Below the pieces are notes generated by a model, which was not told where the DNA came from, ran no database searches, and saw only the letters and a program-made list of their open reading frames with translations. Positions 18,989 to 29,300 of a DNA stretch of 64,000 bases are shown piece after piece. How positions within the stretch are numbered: the first letter of the stretch is position 1; each line of letters starts with the position of its first letter. The DNA lies in NCBI GenBank assembly GCA_965248835.1, contig CBDFLJ010000002.1:768001-832000 (forward strand). Reading direction: 5' to 3'. The DNA is from Alphaproteobacteria bacterium. Lineage in GTDB: Bacteria; Pseudomonadota; Alphaproteobacteria; MPNO01. The translations under genes and the position numbers were made by a program.

Positions 18989-20821
18989 GTGTCCGCTATC
19001 GATCAGAAGGGGCAACAGGTCGGCGTCCAGGTCAACATCGCCAATCTCGGTGTTTCCTCCGGTGCCAAGCCGTTGCACCGCCCCCGCCGAGCGGCGCACT
19101 TCACGGGACGTGAGGAGGAGCTGGCGCGTCTGCTGGATGCGTTGGCGCCCGGTCGGGCGGTGACGGTTCACGCACCCGGCGGCATGGGCAAGACGGCGCT
19201 CGTGGCCGAGCTGGTTGCCCGTTACGCGCCGGGTGAGGAGCCGCCGGAGGCGTTTCCCGACGGCGTCGTGTTCTACAGCTTCTACGGTCAGCCGGAGGCG
19301 GACCGGGCTCTGGAGTTCATTGCGCGCGCTTTCGGGTTGGAGCCCAAACCGAGCGCGGACGATGCGGCGCGTCTCGCGCTCTCGGGTGCGCGGGCGATGG
19401 TGGTGCTCGACGGGGCGGAGGAGGCGGGTGACCTCGGCCGGGTGCTTGCGTGCGCGGGTGATGGTTGTTGTGTGGTGGTGACGACGCGTCGTCGTGCGGA
19501 TGCGCCGGACGATGCCCACTGTCACGAGCTTCATCCGTTGCCCGAGCACGATGCCGTGGCGCTGTTGCGGGAGTGGTCGGCGGCGCAGGTTGATGACCAG
19601 GCGGCGGCGGAGCGTATCGTTGCGCTGGTTGGTCGGCTGCCGCTGGCGGTGCGGTTGGTGGGTCGTTACCTGGCGCAGACCGGCGAGTCGGCAACGGCCT
19701 ATCTACATTGGCTGGAGACGACGCCGCTGGAAGCGCTGGCGCCGGGCGAGGGCGCTCTTCACCGTGAAGACAGCGTGCCGCATCTGCTGGAGCGTAGCCT
19801 GGGGCAGGTGAGCGAGTCCGCCCGCCAGATACTGTCGGTGGTGGGGCGCGTGGCGTTGGCGGACTTCGACGCTTCGATGCCCGTCGAGGTGCTCGAATAC
19901 GACGAAGGTGAGCGTCGGCGTGCGTATCGGGAGCTGGCCGGTTACGGGCTGCTGCTGAGGGCGGACGAGCGCTATGCGGTCAGTCATGCGTTGATACACA
20001 CATATGCGCGCGAGCGGCTGGCAGTCATGCCGGCGCGGATGGCCCGACTCATCGCGCACTACGAGGCGGTGGTCCTACGGGAAAGCGCCGAAGGAGCGGA
20101 AGGGCACGCGCGCCTGGCCGCCGAGCACCCGCACCTGATGCATCTCATCGGCGACGGAGTGTCGCGTAAGGAATGGGAGACGGTGCAGCGTCTGGTGCGG
20201 GCGGCGGCCGGCTACCTGGACCTCTCCGGACGCTGGGCGGATCAGGAGGTCGCGCTGGATGCGGGTGTAACGGCTGCGAGGGCGCGCGCGGACCGCGGGG
20301 CGGAGGGGGCTTTCCTCGACAGACTGGGCAATGCCTACACGGAGCTTGGCCAGGTCGAGCGCGCCATCGAGCACTACGAGCAGGCGCTGGTCATTCAGCG
20401 CGAGATAGGCGACCGGGGCGGGGAAGGAAGCGTCCTCGGCGACCTGGGCAATGCCTACACGGAGCTTGGCCAGGTCGAGTGCGCCATCGAGCACCACGAG
20501 CAGGCGCTGGTCATCGCGCGCGCGATGGGCGATCGGCGCGGGGAAGGGGCCACCCTTGGCAACCTGGGCCTTGCCTACGCGGAGCTTGGCCAGGTCGAGC
20601 GCGCCATCGAGCACTACGATAAGGCGCTGGTCATTCACCGCGAGATAGGCGACCGGCGCGGGGAAGGGACCGTCCTCGGCAGCCTGGGCAGCGCCTACGC
20701 GAAAATTGGGGAAGTGGCGCAGGCGCGCGCGTGTTGGGAGCAAGCGCTGGTTATCTTCAAGGACATCAATTCGCCTGACGTTGAACGCGTCACGCGCTGG
20801 CTCGCCGGCCTGGATTCGTAA
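18989..20821 (+). CDS. NLR-like STAND NTPase (NB-ARC plus TPR)
   Basis: FTGREEEL, Walker A APGGMGKT, Walker B VVLDGAE, VVTTR, GRLPLA, SHALIH; 40-aa TPR repeats. Confidence 0.92.
   Translation: MSAIDQKGQQVGVQVNIANLGVSSGAKPLHRPRRAAHFTGREEELARLLDALAPGRAVTVHAPGGMGKTALVAELVARYAPGEEPPEAFPDGVVFYSFYGQPEADRALEFIARAFGLEPKPSADDAARLALSGARAMVVLDGAEEAGDLGRVLACAGDGCCVVVTTRRRADAPDDAHCHELHPLPEHDAVALLREWSAAQVDDQAAAERIVALVGRLPLAVRLVGRYLAQTGESATAYLHWLETTPLEALAPGEGALHREDSVPHLLERSLGQVSESARQILSVVGRVALADFDASMPVEVLEYDEGERRRAYRELAGYGLLLRADERYAVSHALIHTYARERLAVMPARMARLIAHYEAVVLRESAEGAEGHARLAAEHPHLMHLIGDGVSRKEWETVQRLVRAAAGYLDLSGRWADQEVALDAGVTAARARADRGAEGAFLDRLGNAYTELGQVERAIEHYEQALVIQREIGDRGGEGSVLGDLGNAYTELGQVECAIEHHEQALVIARAMGDRRGEGATLGNLGLAYAELGQVERAIEHYDKALVIHREIGDRRGEGTVLGSLGSAYAKIGEVAQARACWEQALVIFKDINSPDVERVTRWLAGLDS
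20324..20720 (+). repeat. 120-bp tandem repeats encoding TPRs
   Basis: CTGGGCAATGCCTACACGGAGCTTGGCCAGGTCGAG-like units at 20324, 20444, 20564; diverged unit at 20684. Confidence 0.9.
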
Positions 20822-20941
20822 GCCGAGCGAAGCGCGGCGGCGCGGCGCCGGCGCCCGAGCAGGCGCCCGGCGGTGGGCAGGCCTCACCGTTCATCACGCT
20901 CCGGGACGCCGAGACGGGCCGGCGGTCCCGGTCGGCACCTT

Positions 20942-21090
20942 GATTGCATCGCAATCGCTGCTCAGGTCGGGGTTTCCGGCCATCGGAGCGCACGATGATC
21001 GCGAGCATCACGATCCGCAATCTCGACGACGACGTGAAGACCCGGCTGCGCACCCGCGTGGCGGGGTGCCGGCGTTCGAGGTCATCACAC
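20942..21090 (+). pseudogene. fitA-like antitoxin 5' remnant with operator-like palindrome
   Basis: GATTGC-ATC-GCAATC, then ASITIRNLDDDVKTRLR; the following bases resemble a PIN C-terminus (GCGxEVI). Confidence 0.65.
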
Positions 21091-21168
21091 CGACCCCCGG
21101 CGAGCAATACCGGCCAGCGGCCGGCCGCGACCGCGAAAAGCGTGCGGCCGGCCTCGCGATATGCGGCC
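21088..21168 (+). repeat. ~80-bp dispersed direct repeat, copy 1
   Basis: Core GCCGCGACCGCGAAAAGCGTGCG also present at 38692-38773. Confidence 0.8.
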
Positions 21169-21198
21169 GGGAGAGCCGGTGCTGGCGCCTGAACCGTC

Positions 21199-22203
21199 CT
21201 ACATCGCGCTTTCGGGTACCTTGACGCCGGCTTCCTTGTAGTAGCGCAACGCGCCCGGGTGCAGCTTCATGTTCATCTGCCTGAACGCGTTGCCCAGGTT
21301 GATGGCATCCTTGGCCCAGGACGCGACGGCGTGCATCTCGTCGATGTGTTCCCAGAAGGTCTTGGTCATCTTGTAGATGACCGCGTCCGGAATCCCCTTT
21401 CTGGTGACCAGGCCGACCCAGGCGGCGATCGTCTGCACCGGCTTTTCATTGGCCTGGTTCGGGCCGTAGATATCGGCTGCGAACTGGCCGCGCGTGCGGC
21501 CCGGAAGCGACATGACCTTCTTCATCGCCGGCAACTCCCAGTCCGCGTCGGCCGCCCCGATGAAGCGGATCTTGTTGGTCAGCGCCACTTGAACGAAGTT
21601 CGAGGCGGGCGGATTGCCGGACGCCACCAGAACGTCGATCTGGCGGTCCTGGAAGGCCTGCATGGCGGGCGAGAAGCCGAGTTTGATGACCTCGTAGTCC
21701 TTGCCCGGCTCCAGACCGCTGATCGCCCTGACGAAGCCGCCGGCGACGATGCGCTGGACCGCAGCCGGGGGACCCAGGAACACGCGCTTGCCCTTGAGGT
21801 CGGCCATCTTCCTGATGCCCGAATCCTCGTAGACGCCGAACTGGTAGAAACCGATGCGGTAGTTGAACACCGCACGCAAATTGCCGGCGAGTTGCTTGGC
21901 GTTCTTGACCTTGGCAAACATGGCGCGTGCGTTGGACATCAGATAGTGGACCGACGGGGCCCCCATCAGGAAGTCGGTCTTGCCGCGTGCCGCATCGAGG
22001 GCGTGACGAGGCGCCGCGCCGGTGGCGTTGATCTGTATCTCGATGTCCGGATTGTATTTCTGGACCAGCTTCGCGAACGTCGTGTTGATGGTGAACGGCG
22101 TCGGCAGGCTGATCGTCGACATCCGATAGAATTCCTTGGCCTCGACGCCGCCGGCAAGCCCGGCTGCCAGCCCCGCGACCGCAAGTGTCATGAGCGCCTT
22201 CAT
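21199..22203 (-). CDS. TAXI-family TRAP solute receptor
   Basis: Signal peptide; DLKGKRVFLG, LHPGALRYYKE. Confidence 0.92.
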   Translation of the reverse strand: MKALMTLAVAGLAAGLAGGVEAKEFYRMSTISLPTPFTINTTFAKLVQKYNPDIEIQINATGAAPRHALDAARGKTDFLMGAPSVHYLMSNARAMFAKVKNAKQLAGNLRAVFNYRIGFYQFGVYEDSGIRKMADLKGKRVFLGPPAAVQRIVAGGFVRAISGLEPGKDYEVIKLGFSPAMQAFQDRQIDVLVASGNPPASNFVQVALTNKIRFIGAADADWELPAMKKVMSLPGRTRGQFAADIYGPNQANEKPVQTIAAWVGLVTRKGIPDAVIYKMTKTFWEHIDEMHAVASWAKDAINLGNAFRQMNMKLHPGALRYYKEAGVKVPESAM

Positions 22204-22268
22204 GGGGATCGTCCCTCCGTTCGATCGGTGCGCGATCATCGCCGATGCGCCGGCCGCGACCGCGCGGT

Positions 22269-24170
22269 TCACTGTTCGGTTTCCGCCGAAACGTTAGCAT
22301 ACCGCGCCCGCCTGGCATCGATAAACAGCAGCAGGAACGACAGGGCGACCGCGGCGACCTGGATTTCGGCCGCGCTGAGCAGCGTTCCCAGCCCCAGGAT
22401 CAGCCGTGCCGCCCGGGACCAGTAGGGCAGCAACGCCCGATCGACGCCGCCGAGGGCCGTGGTCATCAGCCAGATCGCCAGCGCCAGCCGCGCCACCACC
22501 CAGAGAAAAGCTACGGTCTCGAATTCGACGACCAGGGAAAGAGACGGGTTGTAGACGAAGACGAAGGGGACGATGAAGCCGACGAACGAGAGCTTGAGCG
22601 CCTGCACGGCCGTCGTCATCGGATTGGAGCCGGCGATCGGCGCGGCCGCATAGGCGGCGATGGCGACCGGCGGGGTGATCGCCGACAACACGCCGTAATA
22701 GAGCACGAACAGGTGAACCAGGATCTTGGGAACGCCGAGATTTTCGATCGCCTGGCCCATGATCAGCACGATGATCAGATAGGCCGGGATGGTCGGCAGA
22801 CCCATGCCGAGGATCATGCTGGCGAGCGCGACCAGAAACATGGCGAAGAACAGATCGGTCCCGGCGAAGGCCAGGATCATGTTGGAGAACCTGATGCCGA
22901 GCCCGGTCAGGTTCATCACGCCGACGATGATGCCGATGGCGGCAACCGCGACCATTATCCGGCCGCACTGCTCGCCCCCTCTGGCCAGCGCCGTGAGATA
23001 CACCTGCGGCTTCCTGCGGACCTCCGGGTTCATCGCGCCCAGCGCCGCGCCGACGACGGTCGCCCACAACCCGGCCATCGCCGGGGAGCGCCCGGTCACC
23101 AGCACGCCGATGATCACCAGGATCGGAATGACGAACATCAGCGACATCCACCAGTCCCTGCGCGACACTTTTTCGCGCCGCGACCGGGGTATGGCCTCGA
23201 TGCCGTTGCGTGCGGCTTCCACCCACACCGCGACGAACAGGCTGCCGTAGTAGAACAGCGCCGGCATCAGGGCGGCGCCGATGATCACGACATAGGGGAT
23301 GCCGGTGACGTCGGCCATCACGAAGGCCACCGCGCCCATGACCGGCGGCATGAACTGCCCGCCGGAAGACGCCGCCGCCTCGACTCCGCCGGCGAAGGAA
23401 TTGCTGAAGCCGCGCTCCTTGATCATCGGGATCGTGAACACGCCGGTGCCCACCACGTTGGCGGAAACGCTGCCGGAAATGGTCCCGAAGAACCCGCTGG
23501 CGGCGATCGCCGCATGGGCGGGGCCTCCCCGCAGACCGCCGGTGAGGCTCACCGCGATGCGCAGCAGGACCGCGCCCGCCCCGGTCGCCTCGAGCACCGC
23601 GCCGAAGACGATGAAGATGAAAATCAGCGATATGACGGTGATGACGATGAAGCCGAAGACGCCGTCGAAGGAATACCAGACGGTGCGCATCACCTGTTCG
23701 AGATCGTAGCCGGCATGGGCGAAGATCCACGGCAGGTCTTCGCCGAACAGGGCATAGGCGATGCACAGCAGCGACAGCACGGCGAGCGGCCAGCCGAAGG
23801 CGCGCCGGGTCAACTCGAGCACCGCAAGCAGCCCGCCTGCACCGACCACGATATCGTCGCGCAGAAAATCGTAGAGACCGCTCTCCAGCTCATCATAGAC
23901 CGAGGCGAACCAGTACAGCGACAGCGCCATCAGAGAGATCAGCGCCCCGTCGATCGCCAGACACGCGAACCGGACCAGCCCTGCGGGCCTCCCGCCGACG
24001 ACCCGGACCAGCGGGACCGCGAGGGTAACGAGAATGACCGAGGCGCCGACCGTGATCGAGCGCTGGTAGATCTCGTCGATCACGCCGAACGCCGCGGTGT
24101 AGATCGCCATCAGGGCAATGCCGAATGCGATCGCCTTGATCAGCCAGCCCGAAACGTCGATGCGCAACAA
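22269..24170 (-). CDS. TRAP fused 4TM/12TM permease
   Basis: GGPAHAA, ANVVGTG, ASSGGQFMPPVMGAVAF, ILGMGLPT, ITPPVA. Confidence 0.95.
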   Translation of the reverse strand: MLRIDVSGWLIKAIAFGIALMAIYTAAFGVIDEIYQRSITVGASVILVTLAVPLVRVVGGRPAGLVRFACLAIDGALISLMALSLYWFASVYDELESGLYDFLRDDIVVGAGGLLAVLELTRRAFGWPLAVLSLLCIAYALFGEDLPWIFAHAGYDLEQVMRTVWYSFDGVFGFIVITVISLIFIFIVFGAVLEATGAGAVLLRIAVSLTGGLRGGPAHAAIAASGFFGTISGSVSANVVGTGVFTIPMIKERGFSNSFAGGVEAAASSGGQFMPPVMGAVAFVMADVTGIPYVVIIGAALMPALFYYGSLFVAVWVEAARNGIEAIPRSRREKVSRRDWWMSLMFVIPILVIIGVLVTGRSPAMAGLWATVVGAALGAMNPEVRRKPQVYLTALARGGEQCGRIMVAVAAIGIIVGVMNLTGLGIRFSNMILAFAGTDLFFAMFLVALASMILGMGLPTIPAYLIIVLIMGQAIENLGVPKILVHLFVLYYGVLSAITPPVAIAAYAAAPIAGSNPMTTAVQALKLSFVGFIVPFVFVYNPSLSLVVEFETVAFLWVVARLALAIWLMTTALGGVDRALLPYWSRAARLILGLGTLLSAAEIQVAAVALSFLLLFIDARRARYANVSAETEQ

Positions 24171-24649
24171 ACCGCTTCCTTCCAGACCGCCCCGCCAGAC
24201 CGTCCCGCCAGACCGCCGGTTCGAGCGTTCGGCGCGCCGCCGCGGTTCCGACCAGGACGGTTGCCGTCGAAGGCGTGCCCGTATTCCGGAACCGGTGCCG
24301 TGTCGTAGCGTTCATCGTAGTTTACAACCGGATGAACCTCACCATCGCCTTTCCGTCGGTCGAACGCGTCGTCGACGAGGATCAATCGGCCGGCCGCGCC
24401 GTTTCCATTCAAAAAACGGCAACATCCGCGGCCCTGCAAGGAAGATCGAGCGTGTTCGGCGGCTGGGTGGCCGGGTGCGGTATGCTGCCCGGGGGCTCGG
24501 GAGGATGGGTCGTGATGCCGGTTGACACCGCGCCTGGGCGTCCGTGTAGTTGGTTATTGACTGATTGATAAGGGCGCCCGGCAAGGTAGTCCCAGCAAGG
24601 CAGGTATGGCTTACGGCGAAATCGAGTCACCCGGCACGGGACCGAGGGC

Positions 24650-25843
24650 ATGAGTGCCGCGCTTCGCATGGTTCACGGCGTGACCCACCACGAACCGGCG
24701 CGCGCTCGCCCCGGCTACACCCTGTTCGCCCCGATGTACGGCCGCAACGTGTGGCTCATCGACATGTGGGGCGCCATCGTCCAGCGTTGGCAGACGGAAA
24801 ACCAGCCGGGCAACTACGGCGAGCTCCTGCCCAACGGCAATCTGCTGTTCGCCGGGCGCACCGTGCCGCCCGCGATCCCCGAGTTCGCCGGCAATGGCGG
24901 GCAGATCGTCGAGCTGGACTGGGACGGCCGCACGGTCTGGGAGTACCGGGACCCCTGGCTGAGCCACTGTTTCGCACCGCTGCTTAACGGCAATTTGCTG
25001 GTGGCCAAATGGCGGGCGGTGCCGCGAGAGATTGCCGCCCGGGTCCGCGGCGGCCAGCCCGGCACCGAGCTTCGCGGCGATATGTACGGTGAGGCGGTCC
25101 AGGAGATCGACCGGAACGGCGCGGTCGTCTGGGAGTGGCTTACTTTCGAGCACCTGGATCCGGAACGCGACGCCATCGGCCCTTTCCATCCCCGCGACCG
25201 GTGGACCAATCTCAACGCGCTCACCGAAATGCCGGACGGGCGCATCCTGGTGAGCTTCCGCTGCATCGACACCATCGCCATCGTCGACAGGCGGACCGGC
25301 AACATCGATTGGCGCTGGGGGCCGGGCGAGATCGCCGGCCAGCATCACCCCACGTGGCTGGAGAACGGCAACATCCTGGTCTTCGACAACGGCGCACACA
25401 GGGCATACACGACGATCGACTTCTCCCGGGTTCTGGAGGTCGATCCGCGCACCGGCACGATCGCGTGGGAATACAAGGACAACCCGGTCTACGACTTCAA
25501 CAGCTTCATCTGCTCCGGCGCCCAGCGCCTGGACAACGGCAACACGCTGATCTGCGAATGCACCAAGGGCCGCCTATTCGAGGTGACCCGGGAGGGGGAT
25601 CTGGTGTGGGAGTTCGCGAGTCCGTTCTATTACGAGCACCCGATCTTCGGGTCCAACAACATGGTCTTCCGCTGCACCCGCTACGACCAAGGCCATCCGG
25701 GCATTGCCGGGGCGGATTTGGACCCGGGGCGCTACGCGGACCTGAACGCCCTGATGCCCCGGCGGTTCGTGCGCAGCCCGCGCAGCAACCAGGCGCTGGC
25801 TGCCAGCTATGCGCCGGGCGATCTGGTTCGCGGCGGGCACTAG
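24650..25843 (+). CDS. Arylsulfotransferase (ASST) family beta-propeller protein
   Basis: LLPNGNLL, QHHPTWLENGNILVFDNG, SGAQRLDNGNTLICE. Confidence 0.85.
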   Translation: MSAALRMVHGVTHHEPARARPGYTLFAPMYGRNVWLIDMWGAIVQRWQTENQPGNYGELLPNGNLLFAGRTVPPAIPEFAGNGGQIVELDWDGRTVWEYRDPWLSHCFAPLLNGNLLVAKWRAVPREIAARVRGGQPGTELRGDMYGEAVQEIDRNGAVVWEWLTFEHLDPERDAIGPFHPRDRWTNLNALTEMPDGRILVSFRCIDTIAIVDRRTGNIDWRWGPGEIAGQHHPTWLENGNILVFDNGAHRAYTTIDFSRVLEVDPRTGTIAWEYKDNPVYDFNSFICSGAQRLDNGNTLICECTKGRLFEVTREGDLVWEFASPFYYEHPIFGSNNMVFRCTRYDQGHPGIAGADLDPGRYADLNALMPRRFVRSPRSNQALAASYAPGDLVRGGH

Positions 25844-25960
25844 CCGAACCGGTTCAGGGGCCGGCGGCGGCGCGCTGCCGCAAGACAATAAAGTGAAGAT
25901 GACGCGGCCGAAGAAGCTCCTATCGGCCGCGGCCGCGGTGCCGCCGCCGGGCGTCCTCGC

Positions 25961-26050
25961 CGGCGCCGAGAGACGCTGGTCTCGGATATTGAGACGATGC
26001 TGCGCGCCGCCTTCGAGGATCGCGTGCTGCCGTTCGGCAGCGCCGCCGCA
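25961..26050 (+). pseudogene. Internal fragment of a FitB/VapC PIN toxin
   Basis: RRRETLVSDIETMLRAAFEDRVLPFGSAAA. Confidence 0.55.
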
Positions 26051-26347
26051 GTCGTGCAATGCGTCTCCCCACCGCAGACCATGGCCCATTACGCCCGCCT
26101 CGCCGCCGACCCGGCCGGACAGGCGGCGGCGGATGTGCCGGCCGGCATTGAAGCGGCCTTGGGATCGGTGGATCTGTAAACCGTGTCTGATCCACTCCTC
26201 GTCAATGTTACAGGCGCGGCGGGCGCGGGCGCGGCCGGCGAAGAGGACAGCTTGACCGCAAGCGGACGCGCATGGATGATGCATAACGACATTATCGACG
26301 CCGAAAACACCAGTAGCCTGGCGTCGTGTCGAACAGTTGCGTGCAGA

Positions 26348-29300
26348 ATGACGGATTCCGTGAGATCTTTCCCACGACTGGCAATCATCGGCGCAGTCCT
26401 CGCCGCCGCGGCGCTGCTGCTCGGCTTTTCCGCGCCGGCGCACGCGCAGGTGCTCGTTAGCAACACGGGCCAAACCACTCACGGCCATACAGCATGTGTC
26501 TGAGAGCCGATCCGGAAAGTTTGAATCTATGGTGAGTGTGTTGCGGCGAGTCTGCGCAGCATGATGCGGATCATGGCGAGTCGGATGAAGGCGACGACGG
26601 ATCGAACGTGACGTTCGAAGTCGCGAGCGAGGCGCCTGTTGCGGCTGATCCAGGCGAAGGTGCGTTCGACAATCCAACGCTTTGGCAGCACCTCGAAGCG
26701 GGGCACGTCGTTGCGCTTGACGATCTCGAGCCGCCACCCCCCGGTCTTGGCGACAGTCGCGGCCATCTTCGGTCCCTGATAGCCGCCGTCGGCGTAGATC
26801 ACCTCGATGAATGGGAACCGTCGCCGGGTGCGGCGCAAGAGCTCGTGGGCACCGTCGCGATCCTGAACGTCGCCGGAATGCACCACGATGCCCAGCATCA
26901 GGCCGAGCGTGTCGACCATGATGTGCCGCTTGCGACCGGTGACCTTCTTGCCCGCATCGAAGCCTTGATCGTCGATCGACGCCCCCCTTTTTGCGCCGCC
27001 TTGGCGCTCTGGCTGTCGATGACCGCGGCCGACGGGCTGGCTTCGCGTCCTTCCTCATCGCGCACCGCGACGTAGAGTTCATGATGGATCCGCTCCAGCG
27101 TGCCATCCCACTCCCATAGATCGAAATAGTCGTACACCGTCGACTTCGGCGGCAGATCCTTGGGCAGTGCATTCCACTGGCAGCCCGTGGACAGCACGTA
27201 GAAGATGCCGTTCAGAACCTCGCGCACGTCGACTGAGCGCTTGCGCCCGCCGCGCTTGGCAGGCGGGATCATTGGCGCGATCAGCGCCCACTCGGCGTCG
27301 GTCAGATCACTCGGATAGCGAAGTCCGCGACGTTCCGCCGCGCGGCGGTGTTCCGCAGTCCACATCGGGCTTCCTCCTGTAAACCGGATGCCCAGCACAG
27401 AATCACAAACGATTCTTCCGATTCAAGAACTTTCCGGAAGGGCTCTTAGGTTCTGAACCAATAATAGAACTAGACTGTGCTCAGGGGTTCACCACGGGCC
27501 AGAATACGCGGGGCTACGACCTATCAAGTATCCAGTTGGACACGCAGGGGGCTCCGGGTAGTGGAACCCTGACGGTCACGGTGAGAGCCGCCACCGGATC
27601 GGGTCGCCCGCGCAACGCGGTCTTATACACCTTGACCAACCCGTCCAACGTGGGGACGGGACTCCAGACATTCACCGCCCCTGGCGGAGCCCGTCTGAAT
27701 CGAGACACCCAATACTTCGTGCACATGACGTTTGACGGTAGCGGAACCAGACCTCGTTGGAACCTGACGGCTAACGACGACGAAGATTCCGGCAAGGCCA
27801 TAGAGTGGAGCATCGGCGATCACCGCTACACGCGCCGGTCTGACGGAACCGGGGGCTGGGAGGGTGATGGCGGTGTGTACTCGGGTTCGATACAAATCAG
27901 GGTCCAGGGGAACACCTTGGCCCCGGCGGCCCCGAACCTCTCGGCCGCGCCGGGTGAAACCCAGGTGGCGCTGACCTGGGACGATCCGGCCAACAACACG
28001 ATCACCAAGTACCAGTATCGCTGGAAAACAGGCGACGACGCCTACGGCAACTGGACCGACATCGACGGCAGTGATGCGAGCACCGACAGCTACACCGTGA
28101 CCGGCCTCACCAGCGGCACCGCGTACACGTTTGCGGTGCGTGCGAAGAATGTTGGCGGCAACGGCGCAGCAGCCACCGTGACCACCGCGACGCTTCCGGC
28201 CGCCCCGAACCTCTCGGCCGCGTCGGATGAAACCGACGAGGTGACGCTGACCTGGAGCGATCCGGGCAACAACACGATCACCAGATACCAGGTCCGCTCG
28301 AAGGTGAGTGACTGCGACGACTGCACCTACACTGCGTGGGCGAACATCGCCGTCACCGACCCCGATGCGCCCCCCACCGGATACACCGTGACCGGCCTCA
28401 CCAGCAGCACCGCGTACACGTTTGCGGTGCGTGCGAAGAATGTTGGCGGCAACGGCGCAGCAGCCACCGAGACCGCCGCGACGCTTCCGGCCGCCCCGAC
28501 GAGCCTCTTGCCCGTGCCGGGTGACGGCGCGGTCACGCTGTCCTGGTCCAATCCGGGCGGCGACACGATCGCCAGATACCAGGTCCGCTCGAAGGTGACG
28601 GACAGCACCTACACTGCGTGGACGGACATCGACGGCAGCGGTGCGGACACCACCGAACACACCGTGACCGGCCTGACCAACGGCACCGAGTACACGTTCG
28701 AGTTGCGCGCGAGGAACATTTCCGGTCCCGGCCGGGCATCCACCGCGACCGCGACGCCGCGTGCGCCACCGGACGCCCCGGAGGGCCTCTCGGCCGCGCC
28801 GGGTGACGGCCAAGCCACGCTGTCCTGGATCAATCCGGGCGACAACACAATCCGGAAGTACCAGGTCAGCACCGACGGCGGCGGGAACTTCACCGACATC
28901 AGCGGCAGCAGTCGGACCACCACCACACACACCGTGACCGACCTGAGCAACGGCACCCAATACACGTTGGCGCTGCGCGCGGCGAACGCTTACGGAAACG
29001 GCGATCCGGCCAACGCCCCTGCTATTCCCCTGTGGCCCGCCCCGGCGAACCTCTCGGTCACGCAGGGTGAAGACCGCAAGGCCACTCTGACCTGGGACGA
29101 TCCGGCTGACATCACGATCGCCAAATACCAGGTGAGCACCGACGGCGGCGTTAACTACACTAACATCATCGGCAGCAGTGCGGCCACCACCACACACGAG
29201 GTGACCGGCCTGACCAACGGCACCGCATACACGTTGGCGCTGCGCGCAGCTAACGATTTAGCTGGCGGTACGGCCGCCGCCATTACCGCCACGCCACTGT

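Noticed and set aside
10745-27445. Inversion or composite transposon bounded by the inverted IS5 copies
   Set aside because: The adhesin is colinear and in frame across copy 2, and copy 1 has its own TAA duplication, so the insertions are independent
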